NCBI RefSeq assembly: GCF_018381775.1
Contig: NZ_JAGZRH010000009.1
Location: 22,518 to 86,517 of the forward strand
Source of the DNA: Veillonella sp.
GTDB taxonomy: Bacteria; Bacillota; Negativicutes; Veillonellales; Veillonellaceae
Direction of reading: 5' to 3'
Length of the DNA: 64,000 nucleotides
A model generated the notes under the pieces. It had not been told where the DNA came from. It ran no database searches and saw only the letters and a list, made by a program, of their open reading frames with translations. Each line of letters starts with the position of its first letter. Positions within the stretch are counted from its first letter, which is position 1. The position numbers and the translations under genes are program-made. This document shows positions 19,093-29,992 of the stretch, piece after piece.

Positions 19093-20316
19093 ATGCATAA
19101 GTTGTATGATTTTATGGAGGCTCGTGAGAGACTTAGCACAATTACTGTAAAAACAAAACTTCTTCACAGTGATGTGTTCTCCGATGAAAGTGGCAATGAT
19201 GTATATATCAAGCCAGAAAACTTGCAAATAACAGGATCTTTTAAGGTTCGTGGTGCTTATAATAAAATTGCAAAATTAACAGAAGAAGAAAAGGCGCGCG
19301 GCGTTATTGCCGCGTCTGCCGGTAATCATGCGCAAGGTGTAGCGCTTGCTGCAAAACGCCTCGGCATTAAAGCGACAATCGTGATGCCAAAGCATACACC
19401 TCTCATCAAGGTTAATGCTACAAAACAATATGGTGCCGAAGTCGTTCTACATGGTGAGATTTATGATGAAGCTTACCAAAAAGCGATGGAATTACAACAA
19501 GAGCACGGATATGTGTTCGTCCATCCTTTTGATGACGAAGATGTCATCGAAGGGCAAGGTACAATTGCATTAGAAGTTCTTGAGGAATTGCCTGATGCGG
19601 ATGTATTGCTAGTTCCTGTTGGTGGAGGCGGTATTGTTTCTGGTATCGCAGCTGCTGCAAAATTAAAAAATCCTAGCATTAAAATTATCGGTGTAGAACC
19701 AGAAGGCGCGGCTAGTGCAATAGCTGCGTTAAAAGCAGATCATCCTGTACCACTCAGTGAGGTGGCAACTATCGCAGATGGTACAGCTGTACGCCAAATC
19801 GGCGAAACTACATTAGAATATATTAAGAAATATGTAGATGAAATTATTACTGTCTCTGACTATGAATTGATGGAAGCATTTTTGTTGCTTGTAGAAAAAC
19901 ATAAATTAGTAGCAGAAAACTCTGGTATTTTACCATTAGCAGGTCTAAAAAAATTAGACTGTAAAGGCAAAAAGGCAGTAGCCATTGTTAGTGGTGGTAA
20001 TATCGATGTACTTACGATTTCCTCTATGATCAATAAAGGCCTCGTATTGCGTGGTCGTATCTTCACTTTCTCTGTAAACCTTCCTGATAAACCAGGTCAA
20101 TTGGTTGCTGTATCTCAAATGCTTGCAGATGCGGATGCAAACGTTATTAAACTTGATCATAATCAGTTTAAAAACCTTGACCGCTTCCATGAAGTGGAAT
20201 TGCAAGTGACTGTAGAAACAAATGGTGAAGAACACATTCAACACATTATTGATACTTTCAAAAATAATGGTTACATTATTAAACGGTTAAATTCCAGCGA
20301 GATTTTATCTGAATAG
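19093..20316 (+). CDS. ilvA: threonine ammonia-lyase (biosynthetic; PLP domain plus C-terminal ACT-like domain)
   Basis: PLP-lysine motif GSFKVRGA and a glycine loop GGGGI. AGGAG RBS 10 nt upstream. Confidence 0.9.
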   Translation: MHKLYDFMEARERLSTITVKTKLLHSDVFSDESGNDVYIKPENLQITGSFKVRGAYNKIAKLTEEEKARGVIAASAGNHAQGVALAAKRLGIKATIVMPKHTPLIKVNATKQYGAEVVLHGEIYDEAYQKAMELQQEHGYVFVHPFDDEDVIEGQGTIALEVLEELPDADVLLVPVGGGGIVSGIAAAAKLKNPSIKIIGVEPEGAASAIAALKADHPVPLSEVATIADGTAVRQIGETTLEYIKKYVDEIITVSDYELMEAFLLLVEKHKLVAENSGILPLAGLKKLDCKGKKAVAIVSGGNIDVLTISSMINKGLVLRGRIFTFSVNLPDKPGQLVAVSQMLADADANVIKLDHNQFKNLDRFHEVELQVTVETNGEEHIQHIIDTFKNNGYIIKRLNSSEILSE

Positions 20317-20334
20317 CTGGTCGAAAGGGTTCCT

Positions 20335-22044
20335 ATGAGCGCAGAAACAATCAATGGGGCACGCATTGTCCTTGAAACATTGCATCGCCTTGGTGTAACC
20401 GAGATGTTCGGTTATCCAGGTGGCGCAGTAATTCCAATTTATGATGAAATTTATAGCTTCCCTGAAATTAAACATTATTTTGTTCGTCATGAACAAGGTG
20501 CTGCCCATGCAGCAGATGGTTATGCACGCGTATCTGGAAAAGTAGGCGTATGCCTTGCTACGTCCGGTCCTGGTGCAACTAATCTTGTTACCGGTATTAT
20601 GACTGCTTACATGGATTCTGTACCTATGGTGGCCATTACTGGTCAGGTTGGTCGTCCGTTTATTGGTAAGGATTCTTTCCAAGAAGCAGATATCCAAGGT
20701 ATTACCATGCCGATTACAAAACATAACTACCTTGTTCAAGATATTCGCGATTTACCTCGCATCATTAAAGAAGCGTATTTTATTGCTAGTACAGGTCGTC
20801 CAGGTCCTGTTCTTATTGATATTCCTAAGGATATTCAAACAGAAAAAATATCCATGACAGAATACAATAAATTATATGAAGTACCTATCCATCTTGAAGG
20901 TTATGATCCTACATATAAAGGTCATCAAGGGCAAATTAAGAAAGCGGCTACGCTTATTAAAAATGCGAAACGTCCGCTCATCATTGCCGGTGCCGGTGTA
21001 TTGAAATCTGGCGCTATGGATGAGTTAAAGGAATTGGCAGAAAAGGCTCAAATTCCTGTAACAAATACATTAGTTGGCCTTGGTGGGTTCCCAGGTAACC
21101 ATGAGCTTGCTCTTGGTATGGTGGGTATGCATGGATCTGTAGCGGCTAACAACTGCACAGAAGAAGCTGACCTTGTTATTGCTGCAGGTATTCGTTTCCA
21201 CGACCGCATTACAGGCCATCCAGATTTCTTCTGTAAAAAAGCTAAAATCATTCATATTGATATCGACCCAGCAGAAATTGATAAAAACGTTACTATTAAC
21301 GTACCAATCGTAGGTGATTTAAAGAGAGTTTTAACGGAACTTAATACGCTTGTAGAACCTACAACTCATGAAGCGTGGATCGGACAAATTCGTGAATGGC
21401 AAGCGGAATATCCTATGGTAATTCCTGAATCTAAAGATGGTGTATTACATCCACAATACGTATTATCTGAACTTAACAAGATTGCCAAAGAGGATGCAGT
21501 TATTGTAACTGACGTAGGCCAACATCAAATGTGGGCAGCTCAATTCTTAACTCATAAAAAACCTCATACCATTGTTACATCTGGTGGTGCAGGTACTATG
21601 GGCTATGGTTTACCAGCTGCAATTGGGGCTCAAGTGGGGGCACCTCATAAACAAGTTATCCTTGTTGTTGGTGATGGTGGATTCCAAATGACCTTTGAAG
21701 AACTCATGATGGTTCGTCAATATAATTTGCCAATTAAAATTCTAATCATCAACAATGGTTACCTTGGCATGGTTCGTCAATGGCAACAAATCTTTAATAA
21801 TCGCCGCTACTCCTATGTAGATTTGGAAGTGAGTCCAGACTTCTTGAAATTGGCAGATGCCTTTGATTTGAAAGCTGCTCGTATCGATAATGTAGAGGAT
21901 TTCAATAAAGAATTTAAATCTTTCATTACATCTGATGAAAGTATCATCTTGGATTGCCGTGTAGCAAGAGAAGATAATGTATTGCCGATGATTCCAGCTG
22001 GCGGTACCGTAAGTGGTATGATGGGCAAGAAAGGGGTGCTATAA
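20335..22044 (+). CDS. ilvB: acetolactate synthase large subunit
   Basis: ThDP-binding motif GDGGFQM; about 569 aa. Confidence 0.9.
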   Translation: MSAETINGARIVLETLHRLGVTEMFGYPGGAVIPIYDEIYSFPEIKHYFVRHEQGAAHAADGYARVSGKVGVCLATSGPGATNLVTGIMTAYMDSVPMVAITGQVGRPFIGKDSFQEADIQGITMPITKHNYLVQDIRDLPRIIKEAYFIASTGRPGPVLIDIPKDIQTEKISMTEYNKLYEVPIHLEGYDPTYKGHQGQIKKAATLIKNAKRPLIIAGAGVLKSGAMDELKELAEKAQIPVTNTLVGLGGFPGNHELALGMVGMHGSVAANNCTEEADLVIAAGIRFHDRITGHPDFFCKKAKIIHIDIDPAEIDKNVTINVPIVGDLKRVLTELNTLVEPTTHEAWIGQIREWQAEYPMVIPESKDGVLHPQYVLSELNKIAKEDAVIVTDVGQHQMWAAQFLTHKKPHTIVTSGGAGTMGYGLPAAIGAQVGAPHKQVILVVGDGGFQMTFEELMMVRQYNLPIKILIINNGYLGMVRQWQQIFNNRRYSYVDLEVSPDFLKLADAFDLKAARIDNVEDFNKEFKSFITSDESIILDCRVAREDNVLPMIPAGGTVSGMMGKKGVL

Positions 22045-22532
22045 TGGCGAGAGAACATCAAGTCTTAGTAATTGCAAAAAATACAGCAGGCATTGGTGCA
22101 CGTATATTGGCACTCTTTAACCGTCGTGGTTTTAATGTTACAAAGATGACATCTGGCATTACAAATACACCAGGCTACGCTCGTATTACCCTCACCGTTG
22201 AGGCAGATGATCGCATCTTAGACCAAATTCAAAAACAAATTTACAAGCTCATTGATGTGGTAAAGGTTAAAGTTTTTGAAGATCATGATGTGGTATGCCG
22301 TGAGTTAATGCTTATTAAGGTAAAAGCAACTGCTGCAACACGCTCTCAAATTGTACAAATTGCCGATGTATATCGTGGCAATGTGCTCGATATTTCTCCT
22401 ACTTCTATGATTATTGAAGTAATTGGTAGCGTAGAAAAATTACGCGGTTTCATTCAAATTATGGAAACTTATGGTGTCCTTGAAATTGCCAAAACTGGCA
22501 TTACCGCAATGAGCCGTGGAGAAAAGATTTAG
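22044..22532 (+). CDS. ilvN: acetolactate synthase small (regulatory) subunit
   Basis: ACT domain N-terminus. Start overlaps the ilvB stop (TAATG). Confidence 0.9.
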   Translation: MAREHQVLVIAKNTAGIGARILALFNRRGFNVTKMTSGITNTPGYARITLTVEADDRILDQIQKQIYKLIDVVKVKVFEDHDVVCRELMLIKVKATAATRSQIVQIADVYRGNVLDISPTSMIIEVIGSVEKLRGFIQIMETYGVLEIAKTGITAMSRGEKI

Positions 22533-22543
22533 GAGATGGTTGT

Positions 22544-23329
22544 GTGAGTAGTGAATTACTCCATTATGAAGACGTCAAGTTTCGTCGTGAAGGTCGCGAA
22601 ATTTTAAAAGGCATTAATTGGCATGTTGAAGAAGGGGAAAATTGGGCCTTATTAGGTCTCAATGGGGCTGGTAAATCGACAATGCTCAGCATGATTCCAG
22701 CTTACCAAATTCCTACAACAGGACTATTACGCGTATTTGGTCATGAATTTGGTAAATATGCGTGGCCTAAGATCAAGGCCCGATTAGGCTTTGTTAGTTC
22801 GGCGCTTGGACAATTCCAGTCCACCTTGGATAAACAAGTCGTAGAAGATGTTGTTATTTCTGGTGCTTTTAATAGTATTGGTATTTATCAACAGGTAGAG
22901 CCTGAAGTACGTGAACGAGGACTGCAATTATTGTCTGAGTTTGGTTTGGCCTATTTGGAAGGCCATAGATTTCATACACTATCTGCTGGTGAACAGCGCC
23001 GCGTATTATTAGCACGTGCTATTATGGCTAATCCAGATTTGCTCATTTTAGATGAGCCTTGCTCTGGTCTTGATTTGCCTGCTCGCGAGCAATTCTTAGC
23101 AACTGTTGAGAATATGGCACGAGAGGAACATAAGCCTTTTGTTTATGTATCTCATCAAATTGAAGAGATTATGCCCAGTATTACACATGTAGCTATTATT
23201 AAAGATGGCCTCATTGTGTATAAAGGCAAGAAGCGGGACATCTTAACAGATGAAATTCTCAGCGACGTATTTGGTATTGATGTATCTGTTGTATGGGAGA
23301 AAAATCGCCCATGGATTATAGTTAAATAA
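22544..23329 (+). CDS. ABC transporter ATP-binding protein (orphan; embedded in the ilv operon)
   Basis: Walker A GLNGAGKST, signature LSAGEQRR, Walker B LLILDEP. GTG start with AGGAG 8 nt upstream. No permease is adjacent. Confidence 0.8.
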   Translation: MSSELLHYEDVKFRREGREILKGINWHVEEGENWALLGLNGAGKSTMLSMIPAYQIPTTGLLRVFGHEFGKYAWPKIKARLGFVSSALGQFQSTLDKQVVEDVVISGAFNSIGIYQQVEPEVRERGLQLLSEFGLAYLEGHRFHTLSAGEQRRVLLARAIMANPDLLILDEPCSGLDLPAREQFLATVENMAREEHKPFVYVSHQIEEIMPSITHVAIIKDGLIVYKGKKRDILTDEILSDVFGIDVSVVWEKNRPWIIVK

Positions 23330-23405
23330 GAGCTAAAATTAGGGTAATTCATTTTTTCTTAATACAAAAAGGGTACAAATTTAAGTTGTAGATTAGTCTA
23401 TTTGA

Positions 23406-24521
<1,116 letters not shown>

Positions 24522-24560
24522 GAGTATTATATAGTAATCTCTTGTAAGATAAAGCATACC

Positions 24561-24590
24561 AAAGCGACTCCTAAGGGGGTCGCTTTTTTA
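24561..24590 (+). terminator. rho-independent terminator after ilvC
   Basis: AAAGCGAC-tcctaagggg-GTCGCTTT followed by TTTTA. Confidence 0.85.
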
Positions 24591-24689
24591 TCGTTTTATA
24601 ATATATTTCTTGGTACTATACATTGTTATATCGAAAATATTGGCATAAGGTATGGTATAATAAAAAGTAATCTATGAAAGGAGAACGAT

Positions 24690-25151
24690 ATGGATTTCTA
24701 CACATTATCCTATGTTGAAAGTTTGGCTGTAGGGGGCCAAACATGGGGCTTTATTATCTTTGTTGCTGTTTTATTAGCACTACTCGTTTTGGGCATACAA
24801 GTTCTGCGAAATGGCTTTACCAGTCGTTATCGTGACCTAATGGTCATCTTGTCTTTGATAGTGGTATTTTTCTTAGGCCTTGAGTATCAAGAGTATAATC
24901 GAATGAAAACATATTCTGAAGACTCTTCTCGTATGGCTCAATTTTTACATTCTTTTAGTGCTGATCGTTCTGTACCAAGTGAGCAATTAGCAGTCAACTC
25001 CTTAAAAATTCGCAATGGTATGATTTTAAAGGTAAGTGATGATTATTATGAGGTTCAGTTTAATCCAGAATTTTCAACCTATACAATTACTCGTGTGTAT
25101 AAGGTGAGCCCAACAGAGCGTATTCATGATAAAGCGGACGTATTACCATAA
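24690..25151 (+). CDS. small membrane protein (DUF3290-like; assignment uncertain)
   Basis: Two N-terminal TM helices followed by a soluble domain. Precedes a YetF-like gene by 12 nt, a recurrent DUF3290/DUF421 pairing (recalled, not searched). Confidence 0.5.
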   Translation: MDFYTLSYVESLAVGGQTWGFIIFVAVLLALLVLGIQVLRNGFTSRYRDLMVILSLIVVFFLGLEYQEYNRMKTYSEDSSRMAQFLHSFSADRSVPSEQLAVNSLKIRNGMILKVSDDYYEVQFNPEFSTYTITRVYKVSPTERIHDKADVLP

Positions 25152-25163
25152 GGAGGAGCGTAA

Positions 25164-25883
25164 ATGACAGAAGCTATGGCCGTCTATGGAATGGTCTTTG
25201 CCAAACTCGCCATCGGTCTCTTGGCGATTATCTTACAAATCAACTTAATGGGGAAGGGCAACTTAGCGCCAACCTCTGCTTTGGACCAATTACAAAACTA
25301 TGTACTTGGTGGTATTATCGGTGCCATTATTTACAATGACCAAATCGGTATTTTACAGTTTATGTTAGTCCTCATTTTATGGACTATACTTGTAATGACG
25401 CTTAAGTTCTTAAAAGGAAATTTCCGATTCTTTAAAACTATTTTGGATGGACATCCTGTAATTGTTATTGAAAATGGTCATATCTTAACAGAAGAATGTA
25501 TGCGTTATGGCATTCAAGCGGCGGAGCTTAAGTTAAAGCTTCGTACAGCAGGTGTTCAATATGTTACGGATGTTAAGCGTGCTGTATTGGAGCAAAATGG
25601 TCAGCTCAGCGTAGTTCAATTTGGTGATGAGAATATTAAATTTGACCTTATTGATGATGGTCAAATTAACCATTTTACATTAGATATAATTGAAAAAGGC
25701 CAGGATTGGCTAGAAGAAGAAGTTGAAAAGCAAGGCTATAAAATTAAGGATGTATACATTGCAGAATACAAAGATGGGGAAGTTGTTATTTACCCTTATG
25801 AAAAAAAACATCGCCCTCAAATTGTAAAAACACTTAAAGATAAGACCTCTCATACAAAGGATAAATTGAAATCTAAATTGTAA
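25164..25883 (+). CDS. DUF421/YetF-family membrane protein
   Basis: N-terminal 3-TM region plus a YetF-like C-terminal domain with a Lys-rich tail. Confidence 0.6.
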   Translation: MTEAMAVYGMVFAKLAIGLLAIILQINLMGKGNLAPTSALDQLQNYVLGGIIGAIIYNDQIGILQFMLVLILWTILVMTLKFLKGNFRFFKTILDGHPVIVIENGHILTEECMRYGIQAAELKLKLRTAGVQYVTDVKRAVLEQNGQLSVVQFGDENIKFDLIDDGQINHFTLDIIEKGQDWLEEEVEKQGYKIKDVYIAEYKDGEVVIYPYEKKHRPQIVKTLKDKTSHTKDKLKSKL

Positions 25884-26020
25884 TGTTTCTTGGTCTTATA
25901 GTATAGTTAAGATAAGTATTATATACTACTCTTATAGACATACAAATATAGACATACAAACGATATATAAAATGTTTTTAAGCCCACTATTCGTAGTGGG
26001 CTTATATAGAAAGGAAATTA

Positions 26021-27748
26021 GTGAACCGTAAAGATTTAATTGATCGATTACAAGAACTTTATAAAGATGAAGATAGCCGCGTAACTATTAACCCGCATGC
26101 AGGGCAGAAGGTAGCAATCGTCTATCCTAATACATATTTTGTAGGCATGAGTAATCTTGGTCTCCACATTATTTATGAGGAAATCAACTTACGCAATGAT
26201 AGCGTATGTGAACGTATCTTCTTGCCTGAGAAAAAGGAATTAGAAGCATACGATAAGACTAAGACGCCATTGATGAGTGTTGAAACACAGCGGCCTATGC
26301 ATCAATTTGATGTGGTGGCCTTTGACGTGACCTTTGAAATGGACTATTTTCATATTCCGTTGATGTTACGTCATGGACGCGTACCTATTATGGGGAAAGA
26401 CCGCACAGAATTTGATCCTATCGTCATTGCCGGTGGCCCATGTGCTACCTTTAATCCAGAGCCTTTTGCAGACTTTATCGATGCTTTCATCATCGGAGAA
26501 GGGGAAGGTATCGTTAGTCGCGTTCTAGATATCATTCGCGATGGCAAAATGGAGGGCCTAGATCGACATGCTATTTTGCGTCAATTAGCGAATATATCTG
26601 GGGTGTATGTACCATCATTGTACGTGCCAATTTACAGCGACGACGGCGAATTTAAAGGTTATGATATTGCTGAAGGCGCACCAACAACGATTAAACGCCA
26701 CTTTGAAATGCTTACTAGTGGCGGCGAAACCGTAGTAGCAACAAACTATACAGAATTTGGCGCTATGTACATCATCGAGGTTGCGCGTGGTTGTGGTCGT
26801 CATTGTCGATTCTGTATGGCCGGCTATTGTTTCCGTGTACCGCGCGTACGACCTTTAGAAATATTAAAAGAAGGCGTAGATAGAGCAGAGAAATTAGGTA
26901 AAAAGGTAGGCCTTATGGGGGCCGCTATTTCTGATTATCCAGAGGTAGATGAGTTAGTTACTTATATTCGTTCTAAAGATATGCGTTATTCTTGCGCATC
27001 CTTGCGGGCAGACTCCTTAACACAAGCCGTTGTAGATGGCTTGGCAGATAGTGGGCAAAAGACGATTACCATTGCGCCAGAAACGGGCAGTGAACGATTG
27101 CGGCGCGTAATTAATAAGGGTATTAGCGAAGAGCATTTACAAAATGCTGCCACCTTATCTGCTAAGTCTGGCATCCAGCATATGCGTCTCTATATTATGA
27201 TTGGCCTTCCAACGGAAACAGACGAAGATATCGAGGCAATCGTAGGCCTGGCAGAAAGGACGCAAGCCCATATGGCAGAGGTAGGCTGTAAAGGTCGTTT
27301 AACGCTCAGTATCAATCCATTTATTCCAAAGCCTTTTACACCATTCCAATGGATGGCTATGGATCATCAAAAAACGGTGGAGAAAAAACTTCAATATATT
27401 AAAAAAGCATTGCAAAAGAACCGTCGTATAGAGGTGCTCGTTGAATCACCTAAAGAGGCGTATATCCAAGGCGTACTAGCTCGTGGTGATCGCCGTCTTG
27501 GTGCTGTTCTTGCGGCATGTGCAGCAGATCGTGGCAGTAAGTCCTTTAAGTCTGAAATGAAGGCTGCCGGCCTCGACATGGACGAGATGAACTATCGTGA
27601 ACGCAGCTTTGATGAATTTTTACCATGGAGTCACCTCGACATGGGGATGGACGATGGATATCTTGAAATGGAATGGAAACGTTCTGTGGATGAAGCGTAT
27701 ACACCGCCATGTGTACAAGGCTGTAAGCGATGTGGTGTATGTAAATAG
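26021..27748 (+). CDS. radical SAM protein with an N-terminal B12-binding-like domain (TIGR03960-like)
   Basis: CxxxCxxC motif ARGCGRHCRFCMAGY, a C-terminal Cys cluster CVQGCKRCGVC, and a GTG start. Confidence 0.8.
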   Translation: MNRKDLIDRLQELYKDEDSRVTINPHAGQKVAIVYPNTYFVGMSNLGLHIIYEEINLRNDSVCERIFLPEKKELEAYDKTKTPLMSVETQRPMHQFDVVAFDVTFEMDYFHIPLMLRHGRVPIMGKDRTEFDPIVIAGGPCATFNPEPFADFIDAFIIGEGEGIVSRVLDIIRDGKMEGLDRHAILRQLANISGVYVPSLYVPIYSDDGEFKGYDIAEGAPTTIKRHFEMLTSGGETVVATNYTEFGAMYIIEVARGCGRHCRFCMAGYCFRVPRVRPLEILKEGVDRAEKLGKKVGLMGAAISDYPEVDELVTYIRSKDMRYSCASLRADSLTQAVVDGLADSGQKTITIAPETGSERLRRVINKGISEEHLQNAATLSAKSGIQHMRLYIMIGLPTETDEDIEAIVGLAERTQAHMAEVGCKGRLTLSINPFIPKPFTPFQWMAMDHQKTVEKKLQYIKKALQKNRRIEVLVESPKEAYIQGVLARGDRRLGAVLAACAADRGSKSFKSEMKAAGLDMDEMNYRERSFDEFLPWSHLDMGMDDGYLEMEWKRSVDEAYTPPCVQGCKRCGVCK

Positions 27749-27757
27749 GAGGCACTT

Positions 27758-28612
27758 ATGAATCAATCTGTAAAACGTATAGATGTTAAAGGACCTCATG
27801 GTACTTGGTCTTATGAAACTCCTAATTGGGCAGACCATTTTCCTATTACAATAGGTGATACGTACCGTCATGGTGGTGTATCTCAAGAGCCCTATGAATC
27901 ACTAAATTTAGCCTTTCACGTAGGGGATAAGCCGCAGCATGTTCGTGAAAACCGTGCTATTGTTGCTGAATATTTAGGTGTTGAACCAGAGCGAATCTCT
28001 TGTGGTAATCAAGTACATGGTTTAAAGGCTGTGGAAATCACAGAAGGCCTCATAGGGGCAGGTGCCTTTGGAGAGGATACAGCTATAGCCGATTGTGATG
28101 CTGTATTTACAAAATTACCGAATGTACCACTATTTTTATTTACTGCTGATTGTGTAGCTGTAGGTATTTATGATGCTAAGCATCACGCTATCGCTACGGT
28201 ACATGCAGGCTGGCGCGGGGCGATAGGCCATTTGCCTGTACTTACCATTGAGGCTATGAAAGAGGCGTATGGTACGGAGTTCAAAGATTGTTATGTATAT
28301 CTTGGGCCTAGCATTGGGCCAGAATCCTTTGAAGTCGATGTAGAGTTAGGGAAACGTTTTGAAATAGCTTGGCGTGGTATGACCGACCGTAGTGTGGCTG
28401 ATATTGTAAACTATCCAGGTGATAAACTAGATAAAGCCTATATCAACTTATGGAACTTTATCGCCGAAGGCCTTATGGTGAATGGTGTGCCTAAAGAAAA
28501 TATCGCTATTGGCGGTACCGATACAGTAACAGATAAAGATTGTTATTCCTATCGTCGGGAATCTGGTAAAACAGGTCGCATGGCTTTATTTGGTATGCTA
28601 CAAGAACGGTAG
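27758..28612 (+). CDS. pgeF: peptidoglycan editing factor PgeF (YfiH/YlmD/DUF152 laccase-domain family)
   Basis: …NQVHG…, …FTADCVAV…, …HAGWRG… conserved His/Cys residues. Confidence 0.85.
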   Translation: MNQSVKRIDVKGPHGTWSYETPNWADHFPITIGDTYRHGGVSQEPYESLNLAFHVGDKPQHVRENRAIVAEYLGVEPERISCGNQVHGLKAVEITEGLIGAGAFGEDTAIADCDAVFTKLPNVPLFLFTADCVAVGIYDAKHHAIATVHAGWRGAIGHLPVLTIEAMKEAYGTEFKDCYVYLGPSIGPESFEVDVELGKRFEIAWRGMTDRSVADIVNYPGDKLDKAYINLWNFIAEGLMVNGVPKENIAIGGTDTVTDKDCYSYRRESGKTGRMALFGMLQER

Positions 28613-28742
28613 TATATACATACATAGATTTATAGGCTTTATAAGACCTAAATGATGTACAATCAATAATAAATACTATATAATAGAATAGTCTATACAA
28701 ATATATTTTATGGTTTTTAAATATAGATTGAAGGGGAATCAC

Positions 28743-29429
28743 ATGATTGAAGAATCCCTACACGCTATACAGCAGCGCATGGCAGATGCTATGGCGCGCG
28801 TTGGTCGCGTAGATACAGCATTATTAGTAGCTGTTACTAAGAACCACCCTGTATCAGCGGTGGAAGAGGTCGCACGTCTCGGTGTTACTCATGTGGGGGA
28901 AAATCGAGTACAAGAGGCTAAAGAAAAACAGCTTACCTATAAAGGTCCACAATTGACATGGCATTTGATTGGTCATTTACAGGTCAATAAGGTGCGTCAA
29001 GCGGTGCCTATGTTTGATTTAATTCATTCTGTAGACAGCCGTAAATTATTAGATGAAATCGAAAAGGTTGCAGCCAAGCACGATAAGGTGCAAGATGTGT
29101 TATTGCAAGTTAATGTAGCTCGTGAAGCATCTAAAACAGGCATGACCGTTGAAGAGTTTCCAGAAATACGAGACTATGCAAAGACATTACCTCATGTCCG
29201 TGTTCGGGGCTTAATGTGTATGGCACCATTTTTCGATGATTCAGAGGAAGCACGTCCAATCTTCCGCGTAGCAAACGCCTTGTATGAGGATATGAAGGGC
29301 TACTTTGAAGAAGGGCAGATTCAATATTTATCTATGGGGATGACTCACGACTTTGAAGTCGCTTTAGAAGAAGGGGCTAACATCGTTCGTGTAGGCACAG
29401 CAATTTTTGGGGAACGTGTGTATTATTAA
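28743..29429 (+). CDS. yggS: YggS/YlmE family PLP-homeostasis protein
   Basis: Alanine-racemase-N-like fold (…LVAVTKNHP…, …HLIGHLQVNK…). Confidence 0.85.
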   Translation: MIEESLHAIQQRMADAMARVGRVDTALLVAVTKNHPVSAVEEVARLGVTHVGENRVQEAKEKQLTYKGPQLTWHLIGHLQVNKVRQAVPMFDLIHSVDSRKLLDEIEKVAAKHDKVQDVLLQVNVAREASKTGMTVEEFPEIRDYAKTLPHVRVRGLMCMAPFFDDSEEARPIFRVANALYEDMKGYFEEGQIQYLSMGMTHDFEVALEEGANIVRVGTAIFGERVYY

Positions 29430-29480
29430 GGCTCGGGTTGCCTAGTAATCGGTAGCGTTATGTATTAGGAGGAAATCCAA

Positions 29481-29978
29481 ATGGCATTGGGAGATTATTT
29501 AGACAAAGCAAAAAACTTATTCTTAGGCAAAAATGATGATGACTATGAATATGATGATTATGACTATGAAGATGAAGAGGAATACGAAGCGGAACCTACA
29601 CCAGTAGCTCCAGTAGCTCCAGTATCCGGCGCATCTGAATTTCATCCACGCAAGGTAGGAGGCCAATCTACGATGACACAACGTCCAACAGCTATGAAAG
29701 TAGTTGTAATTGAACCAAAAGTATTTGAAGATTCTGAAAATATTACACATCAATTACGCGACATGCGTCCTGTATTGATTAACTTTGAAAATACAGATCC
29801 TCATGAAGCAGCACGTATTGTGGACTTCGTATCTGGTGCGACTTTTGCATTGGATGGTAAATTGGAAAAGGTGGGTAAGGACATTTTCATGTGCGTACCT
29901 GTAAATATTTCCATTGATTATTCTGATAATGAAAGTAACAAAACTGAGCAAAACGAATACGCTTGGGAAAACAAATAA
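29481..29978 (+). CDS. sepF: cell division protein SepF
   Basis: Acidic low-complexity N-terminus plus a conserved SepF C-terminal domain (…VVVIEPKVFEDSENITHQLRDMRPVLINFENTD…). Confidence 0.85.
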   Translation: MALGDYLDKAKNLFLGKNDDDYEYDDYDYEDEEEYEAEPTPVAPVAPVSGASEFHPRKVGGQSTMTQRPTAMKVVVIEPKVFEDSENITHQLRDMRPVLINFENTDPHEAARIVDFVSGATFALDGKLEKVGKDIFMCVPVNISIDYSDNESNKTEQNEYAWENK

Positions 29979-29992
29979 TTTCTCTATAAACG

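Noticed and set aside
23337-23345. T-box-like string AATTAGGGT upstream of ilvC
   Set aside because: The rest of the T-box consensus (…GGTGGNACCGCG) and a specifier/terminator architecture are absent, so it is a chance match in an AT-rich spacer.
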